Shown: piece after piece, positions 9,973 through 18,878 of the stretch
How the letters are laid out: every line of letters starts with the position of its first letter
How positions within the stretch are numbered: the first letter of the stretch is position 1
NCBI GenBank assembly: GCA_020632375.1
Contig: JACKFR010000002.1
Span: 118,771 to 182,770 of the forward strand
Direction of reading: 5' to 3'
Source: Candidatus Nomurabacteria bacterium
Lineage (GTDB): Bacteria > Patescibacteriota > Dojkabacteria > SC72 > JAHDCA01
Length of the DNA: 64,000 nt
Notes under the pieces: generated by a model
What the model saw: the letters and a program-made list of their open reading frames with translations, nothing else
What the model was told of the DNA's origin: nothing
Database searches by the model: none
Translations under genes and position numbers: made by a program

Positions 9973-11772
9973 CTATGCTCCTAGAGAGGGAGAAATATCT
10001 TTCTCCTTTATCTCTTTTAAAAGATGCTTGAGAAAAGTGTCTTTTTTGTGTAAGCCTTGGTCTTTCTTCCCTCTGACTCTAACTGAAACTGTAGAGGTTT
10101 CGATCTCCTTATCACCTACAACCAAAGTATATGGGATTTTATTTACTTCGGCATCTCTTATCTTATACTGCAATCTTTCATTTCTGTCGTCAAGCTCAAC
10201 TCTGACTTGTTTGTCCCACAGCTCTTGTTTAATTTCTTGGGCGTATTCTAGGTGTTTTTCTGAAATTGGGATCACCCTGACTTGGATAGGTGAAAGCCAA
10301 GTCGGAAATGCACCTGCATAATACTCTATCAAGAAGGCAATAATCCTTTCAAGGCATCCTATTGCAGATCGGTGTATTACAATAGCTTTCTTAAGTTCAC
10401 CGTCTTGATCTACATAGTTCAAATCAAATCTTTCAGGCATAACAAAATCATACTGAATCGTGAATGCCGTTTCTTCTTTTCCTAAAACATTTCTCATTTG
10501 GATGTCAATCTTTGGTCCGTAGAATGCAGCGTCACCTTCTTCTTCATAATATTCACACTCTTTGTTTTTCAAGACTTCTCGGAGTGCTTCCTCAGCTTCG
10601 TCCCAAGCATTATCATTTTTATAAAACTTTTTTTCGTCTTTTCTATCTCCGAGCGAAAGTTTGAATCTATAATTTTCACCCATCTTGAGACCGAAAACTT
10701 CAGTTATTTCTTGAATTAGGTCAATGACACCAGCCGCTTCAGATTTAGCTTGCTCTGCATTTGCACAGACAATATGTGCATCTGAAAGGCAGAAGCTTCT
10801 CACCCTGATTAGTCCACTCAGCTCGCCTGATTGCTCATATCTAAATAGCTTGGCGAGCTCAGCAATCCTCATAGGCAAATCTCGATAACTTCTCGGTTCG
10901 CTAAGATAAAGCTCAAAATGGTGAGGGCAAGTCATCGGCCTTAGCATGAACTTTTCGTCTTCGTCTTCAATCGGAGCGTACATAGAGTCTTTGTAATATG
11001 GGTAGTGCCCAGATTTCTCATACAGTTGCAGTCTTGCAATCTCTGGTGTAGAAACATGCTGGTATCCTCTAGCAATTTCCAGATCTACAATGAACCTTTC
11101 AAGCTCTCTTCTAATTGCTGCGCCTTTTGGTGTCCATAGTGGAAGCCCTTTTCCTACAGTCTCTGAAAAAACAAATAAGCCGAGTTCTTTACCGATTTTT
11201 CTGTGGTCTCTTTTTTTTGCCTCTTCAATGCGCTCTAGATATTCGTCCAAGTCTTTCTTTGATTCAAAAGCAGTCCCATAGATTCTGGTAAGCATTTTGT
11301 TTTTCTCATCTCCTTTCCAATATGCGCCTGCGATTCTGAGAAGCTTTATCGCTCCGATCTCTTTTGTTGAAGAGACATGTGGGCCTCTGCACATATCTAT
11401 AAATTCATCATCGCCTGTTACATAAAAACTGATCTCATCTCCTTCAATGTTGTTCAAAAGATCAAGCTTGTATTCTTGACCAAGAGCTTTGTATCTTTCA
11501 ACCACACCTTTTCTGTCTTTGAAGGTTTGCTTAAGTGACAAATCTCTCTTGATAATTTTCTTCATTTCTTTTTCAATTTTCTGTAGGACATCATCAGATA
11601 CTTGGGTCGGAAATTCAAAGTCGTAGTAAAAACCGTCTTCAATTGCTGGTCCAATTCCTAGCTTTGCCTCAGGGTAAAGACTCAGGACAGCTTGAGCAAG
11701 AACATGCGCTGCACTATGTCTCATTTTTTCAATTTGCGGTACGTCTATATTTTTATTGTTTTGATTACTCAT
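9973..11772 (-). CDS. thrS: threonine--tRNA ligase (no N-terminal TGS domain)
   Basis: 599 aa. It begins at the editing/second-additional domain (MRHSAAHVLAQAV...GPAIEDGFYYDFE). It has a class II core and an anticodon-binding domain, and heads the conserved thrS-infC-rpmI-rplT cluster. Confidence 0.95.
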   Translation of the reverse strand: MSNQNNKNIDVPQIEKMRHSAAHVLAQAVLSLYPEAKLGIGPAIEDGFYYDFEFPTQVSDDVLQKIEKEMKKIIKRDLSLKQTFKDRKGVVERYKALGQEYKLDLLNNIEGDEISFYVTGDDEFIDMCRGPHVSSTKEIGAIKLLRIAGAYWKGDEKNKMLTRIYGTAFESKKDLDEYLERIEEAKKRDHRKIGKELGLFVFSETVGKGLPLWTPKGAAIRRELERFIVDLEIARGYQHVSTPEIARLQLYEKSGHYPYYKDSMYAPIEDEDEKFMLRPMTCPHHFELYLSEPRSYRDLPMRIAELAKLFRYEQSGELSGLIRVRSFCLSDAHIVCANAEQAKSEAAGVIDLIQEITEVFGLKMGENYRFKLSLGDRKDEKKFYKNDNAWDEAEEALREVLKNKECEYYEEEGDAAFYGPKIDIQMRNVLGKEETAFTIQYDFVMPERFDLNYVDQDGELKKAIVIHRSAIGCLERIIAFLIEYYAGAFPTWLSPIQVRVIPISEKHLEYAQEIKQELWDKQVRVELDDRNERLQYKIRDAEVNKIPYTLVVGDKEIETSTVSVRVRGKKDQGLHKKDTFLKHLLKEIKEKDISPSLGA

Positions 11773-11823
11773 GGTAATGGTTAGAGAATTAAATTGAGAA
11801 CTTTATTTTGGGGAAATTTGTTG

Positions 11824-11854
11824 CGAAAATAACCCGACATTAGTTGCATGTCGG
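11824..11854 (-). terminator. possible terminator after rsmD / upstream of thrS
   Basis: The minus strand reads CCGACAT-gcaacta-ATGTCGG followed by gTTATTTTcg. The U-tract is weak. Confidence 0.35.
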
Positions 11855-11985
11855 ATAAACAAGTTTAGCGATTTTGTTTTTTTTGAGGCCGAACTTTCTA
11901 AACATGGCTGTATTCTATATGTTTAGTACTCTGTTTGCAATGCCTGCTCTGCTTGAAATTACCGCTGTTGATGTTATCAGCATGC

Positions 11986-12717
11986 TCAATCAACAACATA
12001 GAAGCTTATTGTATTGACTCCAAAACCAAAGCTTTCTAGAAGTCGAATTCCGTACACTCTAAGCCTCGATACGTCGTATTCAGTCGGGTGCTTTAATATC
12101 AAGACGCCTTTGAATAACTTTGTGTTTGGATCATTAAATCCAGGTAATAAATGGGCAGCATCTTCAAGAATTTTATTAATCTTTCTGTGGTCTTTCTTAT
12201 TATACAGCTTATAAGGAGGATCAATAAAGATTAACTCGTAATATGATTTCGACTCTTTTTGGTTAGAAAGAAAATCTTCAACTTTCATTCGTACTGCTTC
12301 GGCTTGCGTTAAAAATCCTGTTTTGGCAAAGTTTTCATTAAGGATCTTTTCTGCACCCTTTGCTGCGTCAACAAATGTAGCATTTTCGGCTCCTCTGGAA
12401 AGTGCTTCTAAACCGAATGAGCCAGACCCTGCATATAGATCCAGGACTGCCAGCCCAACAATATCATCTCTCAGTATGTCAAAGATTCTTGTTTTCATTC
12501 TGTCAGTAAGTGCACGTGTCTTTCTGGGTATTTCCAGACGGAAGTTCTTGGCTTTACCAGCTGTGATTCTGACTGTTCCGAGTGATTCTGGGGTTTTATC
12601 CGAAGACATGATTTTTTCTACATGACGTTCACGTGCTTCGTATTCATCGGCAGAAAGTACTTTCCATTTGTTTCGCTCTTTTCTGACTTTTTTTTGTGAG
12701 TAGTTTTTAAGGCTCAT
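11986..12717 (-). CDS. rsmD: 16S rRNA (guanine966-N2)-methyltransferase RsmD family
   Basis: SAM-binding LDLYAGSGSFGLEALSRGA and the catalytic IFIDPPY motif. It has a basic N-terminal extension of about 55 aa. Confidence 0.85.
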   Translation of the reverse strand: MSLKNYSQKKVRKERNKWKVLSADEYEARERHVEKIMSSDKTPESLGTVRITAGKAKNFRLEIPRKTRALTDRMKTRIFDILRDDIVGLAVLDLYAGSGSFGLEALSRGAENATFVDAAKGAEKILNENFAKTGFLTQAEAVRMKVEDFLSNQKESKSYYELIFIDPPYKLYNKKDHRKINKILEDAAHLLPGFNDPNTKLFKGVLILKHPTEYDVSRLRVYGIRLLESFGFGVNTISFYVVD

Positions 12718-12722
12718 TTTTT

Positions 12723-13211
12723 CTAGATTTTTCCTCGTAAGGCTTCATAAATTACAATTCCTGCTGCTGTCGCAACATTTAGTGACTTTTTCTCTCCGAG
12801 CATTGGTATATATATTGTTTCATCAGAGAGATCAAGGACTTTTTGGTTCACGCCTCTTATTTCATGACCTAAAACTATTGCTAACTCCTTTGGATAGCTA
12901 ACAGTCTGGAAATGTCGGCTATTTGGTGTAATCTCTACAGAATATACTGGAGTATTCTGTTCCTTCAGCTTGCCTATAGCGTCAATCGTGTTCGAAAAGT
13001 AGAGGCTATTAACGCTTCCTGTCGCTCCTAAAGCGGTTTTATAAAGCTTTGGATTATCTGGTCGCGGAGTAATGCCGCAAAGATAAATCTCTGCTGAGCC
13101 TGTTGCATCAGCGGTTCGAAAAATACTTCCTACATTAAATGCAGATCGGATATTATCTAAAACAATATATAGTTTAAAGTCTTTTCTTGAATATGCTGTT
13201 TTTTCCATCAT
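12723..13211 (-). CDS. SpoU/TrmH family RNA 2'-O-methyltransferase
   Basis: 162 aa with SPOUT motifs (NVGSIFRTADA, LGHEIRGV, SLNVATAAGIVIYE). Confidence 0.8.
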   Translation of the reverse strand: MMEKTAYSRKDFKLYIVLDNIRSAFNVGSIFRTADATGSAEIYLCGITPRPDNPKLYKTALGATGSVNSLYFSNTIDAIGKLKEQNTPVYSVEITPNSRHFQTVSYPKELAIVLGHEIRGVNQKVLDLSDETIYIPMLGEKKSLNVATAAGIVIYEALRGKI

Positions 13212-13276
13212 TATTGATATTATATTGAGGATGGTCTACTCTTTACAAGTAATCGCTGTTGAACTAATTGTTTTAT

Positions 13277-14344
13277 ATGGAAGATTCGGGGTTTTCGTTA
13301 AAAGGTCTTTTTAAAAAGGTAATCTTTTGGTCAATTATCGGGCTTTTTGTTTACTATGTGGTTATACACTTTGGCGATATTGAAAATATTGCTAAAGTTT
13401 TACACAGAGGGAATTGGAAAATTTTGCTGATTGCCGGTGTCTTGCAACTTTTGGCCTTTATTTTTGTCGGAGATATTTTTAAGATTCTCAGCAAGATGCG
13501 TGGTGCAGCCTGGTCTTCAATACGATATACGAAAGACTGGTTCGCAACTCTTTTCCTGGGTGTCGTAAATCCCTTAGGCTCAACTGGGGCAAATTTCTAT
13601 CTTGTTAATCGAATTAAGAATTTGCCAAAGATTAAGACTGCATCATCAATTATAATCCTTATTCTTTCGGTACTAACAATGAATTCAATTTTCTTCTTTA
13701 TCGCTTGTGCAGGAGCATTTCTTATTTATATTAAAAACACAGCATTATTTTCTGCGTTTATTGTTGCTTGCGGCTTCTTGGCTCTCTTAAATGGTATTTT
13801 TTTGTTTATAGTTCTTGTGAGTGCGAAGCGCCCACTTTTACTTAAAGTTCTTTTCTTCAGGTTAAAGTACATTGTTTCAAAAGTAATTGGTATTAAAGAA
13901 GGCTCATGGCTTGACTTAGATGAAGACTCATTAGAAATTCATCTTCATGAGTTTGGTGTTACTTCTAAGATCTTTGAAGATGAAAGCCGAAGGGGCGGGA
14001 TATTAAGTGCTGTTCTACGTAGCCTACTTATGCACCTCTGTCAGATTGGGGTTTTGGTGACAGTCTTTTGGGCTTTCGGAGCACACCCAGGTTTAATGAG
14101 CATAATCTCAATTTATAGTGTTCTATTTCTTTTCACGATAATTTCTCCTACTCCGCAAGGGATTGGTGTGGTTGAAGGTTTCGCTCAACTTGCAATGGTT
14201 CCCTTTGGAATTGACAAGAGCCTTGGGCTTGTCGTTACCTTGGCTTATAGAGCGATAAATCTTTGGATTCCAGTTGCAATCGGGTTTGTTGTCTTTAGAA
14301 TGAATGGGGTTGAAGTTCAGGTTAAAACTTCGGTCGACCAATGA
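13277..14344 (+). CDS. UPF0104 / lysyl-phosphatidylglycerol-synthase-TM-like (flippase-like) integral membrane protein
   Basis: Polytopic membrane ORF with the family-typical ISPTPQGIGVVEG segment. The track starts at TTG 13268; I prefer ATG 13277. Confidence 0.65.
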   Translation: MEDSGFSLKGLFKKVIFWSIIGLFVYYVVIHFGDIENIAKVLHRGNWKILLIAGVLQLLAFIFVGDIFKILSKMRGAAWSSIRYTKDWFATLFLGVVNPLGSTGANFYLVNRIKNLPKIKTASSIIILILSVLTMNSIFFFIACAGAFLIYIKNTALFSAFIVACGFLALLNGIFLFIVLVSAKRPLLLKVLFFRLKYIVSKVIGIKEGSWLDLDEDSLEIHLHEFGVTSKIFEDESRRGGILSAVLRSLLMHLCQIGVLVTVFWAFGAHPGLMSIISIYSVLFLFTIISPTPQGIGVVEGFAQLAMVPFGIDKSLGLVVTLAYRAINLWIPVAIGFVVFRMNGVEVQVKTSVDQ

Positions 14345-14987
14345 CTTTAATGACCTTTCCGTTTACGATAAAAGTGTCTTCATCGCTTTCATCAATGTAT
14401 ATAGGGGGATAGTCGTATGTTGACTCGGAGATTAGAGCTATTCGATGATTACTCCTGTCAACATAGAGTCTTTTAATATTTGCGGCTCCGTCAACGACAA
14501 AAAGTCCGTAATCACCATGATTGAGTGCGGTTTTACCTCTGTCGACGATAACATAGTCTCCGTTTTGGATCGCCTCGCCATCAATGTGGCTTCTGTTCAT
14601 CGAGTCTCCTGAGGCTTTCACAGCAAAAAGAGTCTTACCTCGAACGATGCTTTTAGAGACTTTTAAGTGGCCTTCTATATTTTCTTCGGCAAGCAACTGA
14701 GCTGGTCCGCAGTTGGCAGCTCCGACAATTGGAATATTTATAAAGCTTCTTTCCAGCCGGCTGTTTTTATTAACATTTTTTACAAGGCTTCTGCTTTTGT
14801 CAATTCTTAAAAAACCTTTCTTCTGAAGTTGTTGTAGATGATGACTGATCTTTTGTGGATGTTCAACGTTTATCAGTCTGCCTATCTCTCTTAGAGACTT
14901 CTCTCCCAAGTTTATATTTCTTGAAAGAGCTAAAAGGTCTTTTTGAATTTGATGCATTAGACTTAGATTTAGCTTATTTATATACAT
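14322..14987 (-). CDS. lexA: LexA-like S24 repressor
   Basis: The N-terminus is a winged HTH (SLREIGRLINVEHPQKISHHLQQLQKKGFL). The C-terminus is an S24 peptidase with catalytic Ser (KASGDSMN) and Lys (ANIKRLY). Confidence 0.85.
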   Translation of the reverse strand: MYINKLNLSLMHQIQKDLLALSRNINLGEKSLREIGRLINVEHPQKISHHLQQLQKKGFLRIDKSRSLVKNVNKNSRLERSFINIPIVGAANCGPAQLLAEENIEGHLKVSKSIVRGKTLFAVKASGDSMNRSHIDGEAIQNGDYVIVDRGKTALNHGDYGLFVVDGAANIKRLYVDRSNHRIALISESTYDYPPIYIDESDEDTFIVNGKVIKVIGRPKF

Positions 14988-15079
14988 AGAATAGCTATTG
15001 TCAAAGATAATGTCAATAGGTCTTGACGAGGTTGACGAGGTCGGGTAATCTGTATTTAACTAAGTTTTCAATTCTACAT

Positions 15080-15433
15080 ATGACATACATCAAGATTGAT
15101 ACAGAGTTCCTACCGTTAGAAGCAGTGGCAAGGGACAGTCAGCTTCCGGTTGAGGTTATAGAAGACTGTGTTAATTTTGATTTGATGTCAAACGACTTCT
15201 CTGATGGCACTATCCTTCCAGAGGTTGCGAATAAGATACGTCGGTTCAAAGTTTTCTGTGCACTTCGAAGAGCTGATATTCCGGCAAGCCTCAGGAATTA
15301 TATTATAGAGATTTCTGAGAAGTATCCTTCTAATAAAGCAGTCTCATTAGCAAAAAAAGAGATGGAACTATGTTCAATTGATTCTCAAAAGTCGAAGCAA
15401 ATTCTTGAAAGCTTTACTGCTTTACTTACCTAA
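15080..15433 (+). CDS. hypothetical protein divergent from lexA
   Basis: The track ORF starts at TTG 15023. The first ATG is at 15080 (MTYIKIDTEF...). No motif recognised. Confidence 0.4.
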   Translation: MTYIKIDTEFLPLEAVARDSQLPVEVIEDCVNFDLMSNDFSDGTILPEVANKIRRFKVFCALRRADIPASLRNYIIEISEKYPSNKAVSLAKKEMELCSIDSQKSKQILESFTALLT

Positions 15434-17410
15434 AATAATGTGGCTTGCTAATAAACGAGCTTTTTTGAATAGCTTTATATCTGTGATGTCCGCTATTTTC
15501 ATTGAAGGGATTCCAGACTGCATTGTTCCGTAAACTTCTCCTGGACCTCTCTGTGAAAGATCGTATTCTGCTACTTTAAATCCGGAACTATTCTGTGAGA
15601 AAAATTGGAGTCTATTTTGCACTTGCTCTGTTTGTTCAACACCATCGGAAGGGATTACAAAACAAAAAGACGGTTTATCTCCCCTTCCCACTCTACCTCT
15701 GAGTTGGTGTAATTGAGCAAGACCAAATTTTTCTGCATGTTCGATAAGCATAATAGATGCAGAAGAAACATCAATGCCTACCTCTACGACTGTTGTAGCA
15801 ACTAGAACATCGATTTTCTGTTTTTTAAATCGGCTTATTACAGATTGTTTCTCTTTATCTTTCATTCTCCCATGAAGTAGACCGACTTTAAGATCTTTGA
15901 AAGTTCCCTGTGATAGTTCTTCATAGACTTGGATTGCAGCTTTAAGGTCAGATTTTTCACTTTCTTCTACCAACGGGAGAATAATATAGGCTTGATTCTC
16001 TTTTGGGTGTTCTAAAATTTGCAGATGAATCCAATTTAAACAGGCGGTTCTCTTTTTGCCGGTTAAAAGTTTAGTCTGGATATCAATTCTGTTTTGAGGC
16101 ATTTCTTGTATTAGAGAAACTTCCTTATCTCCATATATTACATTTGTCAGAGTGCGAGGAATTGGGGTCGCAGTCATTGTCAAATAATGGGGAGAAGTTG
16201 CACCTTCACCCTCTTTAAGCTGTTCTCTCTGTTCGACTCCGAATCTATGCTGCTCATCTACTATATACAAACCAATATTTTCTGGGATATATTTTTCGTA
16301 TAAAAGAGCGTGGGTGCCGATGATTACCTGTGGACCTGAGATCGGTTCTAACATCATACCGGAGGTTAAAAGCTGAACATTTATCTGAAGAGGTTCTAGT
16401 ATTTCATTAAAAGATTTGTAATGCTGGTTTGCTAGTATTGTTGTCGGCGCCATGACGATTACAGAATGACCGGACTTAATTGCTGCGTATGTAGCTATTA
16501 TGGAGACAATTGTCTTTCCAGAGCCTACATCCCCATTGAGAAGCCGATTCATAGGTGTCTCACTCTTCATGTCACTTAAAATCTCAACAACTGCACTTTC
16601 TTGGTCTGAAGTAAGGCGAAACTGTAATTGTTTCTTAATCTCGTTAACTATTTTATCGGATGTAAGAATCGGGAACGCCTTTTTATTTTTGAGAGATTTC
16701 TTCCGTGTTTCAAGCCTTAAAGCAAGTTCTAGCATTTCATCGAAACCAAGCCTATCTCTAGCTTTCACAATATCATTTTCAGTCTCTGGAAAGTGAATCA
16801 TGGTTAATGCTTTACTAAGTTCTATGAGGTCATATTCATTCCGAATTTTTTCATTGAGTGGATCCTGAATCAACTGGGCTATGTGTGGTCTTAAATATTT
16901 TAGTCTTGCACGTAGCCATTTAGAGCTAACCCCCGCTGTCTGATCGTATTGCGGTGTAAGTCTGCCTAAATGAGCTTGCTCTTGTAAAACTTTCTCATAG
17001 CTTGTGCAATAAAAATTTCTAGCATACGAATTTTTCGGAAGTTTTAATTGAAATAAAAATGTGTCTCCTGGTCTTATAACTTTTGTTATATATGACTGAT
17101 TAAACCAGACGATTGTAATATCTCCAGTGGTATCAGTGACTACTGCTTTGGTAATAACCTTCCTAGATCGGGTGTAATTGTTTCTGATCTCTTTTACAGT
17201 TGCTCGGATCGTTCCTGCTCCTTCCTTAAACAGTTCTTCTATGGAAATAATATTGCGGGTATCGCTGTACCCAGTTGGGAAATGGTAGAGAAGATCTTTT
17301 ATTCTCTCTATGTTGAGTCTCTTTAATTTGTTCGCCTGGATTGACCCTATCATCGGGAGGTCGCTGATAGGGTTGTCCAGGCTAAGTGAGTTACTTTGAT
17401 TTTTCAGCAT
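15422..17410 (-). CDS. recG: ATP-dependent DNA helicase RecG
   Basis: 662 aa with an OB/wedge N-terminus. Helicase motifs are present (LNGDVGSGKT, DEQHRFG, TATPIPRT, QLRGRVGRG). Confidence 0.93.
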   Translation of the reverse strand: MLKNQSNSLSLDNPISDLPMIGSIQANKLKRLNIERIKDLLYHFPTGYSDTRNIISIEELFKEGAGTIRATVKEIRNNYTRSRKVITKAVVTDTTGDITIVWFNQSYITKVIRPGDTFLFQLKLPKNSYARNFYCTSYEKVLQEQAHLGRLTPQYDQTAGVSSKWLRARLKYLRPHIAQLIQDPLNEKIRNEYDLIELSKALTMIHFPETENDIVKARDRLGFDEMLELALRLETRKKSLKNKKAFPILTSDKIVNEIKKQLQFRLTSDQESAVVEILSDMKSETPMNRLLNGDVGSGKTIVSIIATYAAIKSGHSVIVMAPTTILANQHYKSFNEILEPLQINVQLLTSGMMLEPISGPQVIIGTHALLYEKYIPENIGLYIVDEQHRFGVEQREQLKEGEGATSPHYLTMTATPIPRTLTNVIYGDKEVSLIQEMPQNRIDIQTKLLTGKKRTACLNWIHLQILEHPKENQAYIILPLVEESEKSDLKAAIQVYEELSQGTFKDLKVGLLHGRMKDKEKQSVISRFKKQKIDVLVATTVVEVGIDVSSASIMLIEHAEKFGLAQLHQLRGRVGRGDKPSFCFVIPSDGVEQTEQVQNRLQFFSQNSSGFKVAEYDLSQRGPGEVYGTMQSGIPSMKIADITDIKLFKKARLLASHIILGK

Positions 17411-17518
17411 TTAGTTAATAAGTATAAATAGCGCTGGCAGAAAGATACTCATTATTACTGCAAATGCTATAAGAATACTTAAAAATTTTCTTATAAAATC
17501 GGATGTCTTCTTTTTCAT
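17411..17518 (-). CDS. candidate 35-aa single-TM small protein (below the ORF-track cutoff)
   Basis: Manual translation gives MKKKTSDFIRKFLSILIAFAVIMSIFLPALFILIN*. Its ATG lies 1 nt after the upstream gene's TAG. Its TAA directly abuts the recG ATG (TAAATG). Confidence 0.45.
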   Translation of the reverse strand: MKKKTSDFIRKFLSILIAFAVIMSIFLPALFILIN

Positions 17519-17519
17519 G

Positions 17520-18842
17520 CTACTTTGAAAAGAAAAGCTCACTAAATTTAAGTCCTTTTTCTAAGAGATCAATCGAAAAGTTTTCATCAATCCCATGCAT
17601 ATTACAATCTTCACCCGCCATCGAGACCGAGATTGTTTCTTGTCCCATCTTTTCTTTAAAGTCATTTATAACTGGTATGCTACCGCCTACATATTTAAAA
17701 AGTACTTTGTCACCATAAGCTTTTTCAGCAAGTTCTTTTACTTCTTGAAATTTCGCCGAACTTGTATCCATTTTTATTGCTTTGCATGGGCTTTCTGATT
17801 CAATGTCCCAGTCCACATACTCTGGAGTATTATCTTCTACAAACTTTGTGAAATCTTGTATAACTTTTTCTGGATCTTGATTCGCTACAAGGCGAATATT
17901 AATCTTCGCAAACGCTGTTCCAGGGACAATATTACTATATCCTTCGCCGGTGTATCCTGATTGAATACCTGAGACTGTAATCATAGGCCTTAGTCCGGTT
18001 TGGGTAAAGAAATCAATACCTTCTTCTGTTTTAAGCTGTCGGATTCCAGTCTGGTTTGTAAACGAAGACATGTCGAATGGAATAGATTTATTATTCTCTA
18101 GTTCCTCTTGGGTGACTTCGGCTACACCATTATAGAAACTTTGGTAGCTGACCTGATTTTTGTCGTTGTAAATCTTTGTAATTAACTTTGCCAACTCCAT
18201 GGGAGCGCTAGGAGCAGCACCTCCATAAATCCCAGAGTGTAGATTGTTTTTTGCCGTCCGATAGGTTACTGTAAGGCTAACATTACCTCGGAAACCAACA
18301 TCTATTGTGGGCCTGTCTGCAGTTGTCTCACCATCAGATACCATCACGTAATCTGCGGCAAGAAGGTCTAGGTTTTTAGCTATAAAGTCACCAATTTCTG
18401 TATTTCCTGTTTCTTCATTTCCTTCTATTAGAAATTTCACATTGTATTTAAGCTTGCCTTGTTTAATAAGTTTTCCTATTGTATATAGGTGAACCATAAA
18501 TTGGCCTTTATTGTCTATTGCACCACGTGCAATTAGCTTTCCTTTGCGCTCGGTTAGCTCGAAAGGATCGCTTGACCAACCGTCTTCTTTTGAAGCTGGT
18601 TGCACATCGTAGTGTCCGTAGATTAGCACTGTCTCTGCATCATCCGATACTTTGTAGCTTGCTACTACATATGGGTTCATTTTGCCCTCGGTTATTGTCT
18701 GAGCTTCAAAACCATAACCAACAAGAGTCTGTTTAATCCACTCTGCGGTTTTAAGCACATCATCTTTATATTGAGAGTCGGTTGAAATGCTTTTTAGTTT
18801 TATTATCTCGCTTAGTAACTTTTTGTATTCAGATATATCCAT
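17520..18842 (-). CDS. M20 family metallopeptidase (dipeptidase-like)
   Basis: 440 aa with M20 motifs (LIYGHYDVQP, GAIDNKG, LIEGNEETG). Confidence 0.85.
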   Translation of the reverse strand: MDISEYKKLLSEIIKLKSISTDSQYKDDVLKTAEWIKQTLVGYGFEAQTITEGKMNPYVVASYKVSDDAETVLIYGHYDVQPASKEDGWSSDPFELTERKGKLIARGAIDNKGQFMVHLYTIGKLIKQGKLKYNVKFLIEGNEETGNTEIGDFIAKNLDLLAADYVMVSDGETTADRPTIDVGFRGNVSLTVTYRTAKNNLHSGIYGGAAPSAPMELAKLITKIYNDKNQVSYQSFYNGVAEVTQEELENNKSIPFDMSSFTNQTGIRQLKTEEGIDFFTQTGLRPMITVSGIQSGYTGEGYSNIVPGTAFAKINIRLVANQDPEKVIQDFTKFVEDNTPEYVDWDIESESPCKAIKMDTSSAKFQEVKELAEKAYGDKVLFKYVGGSIPVINDFKEKMGQETISVSMAGEDCNMHGIDENFSIDLLEKGLKFSELFFSK

Positions 18843-18878
18843 AATTTTGTTTTTAAAATTTAAGTTATTGGAATTTTG

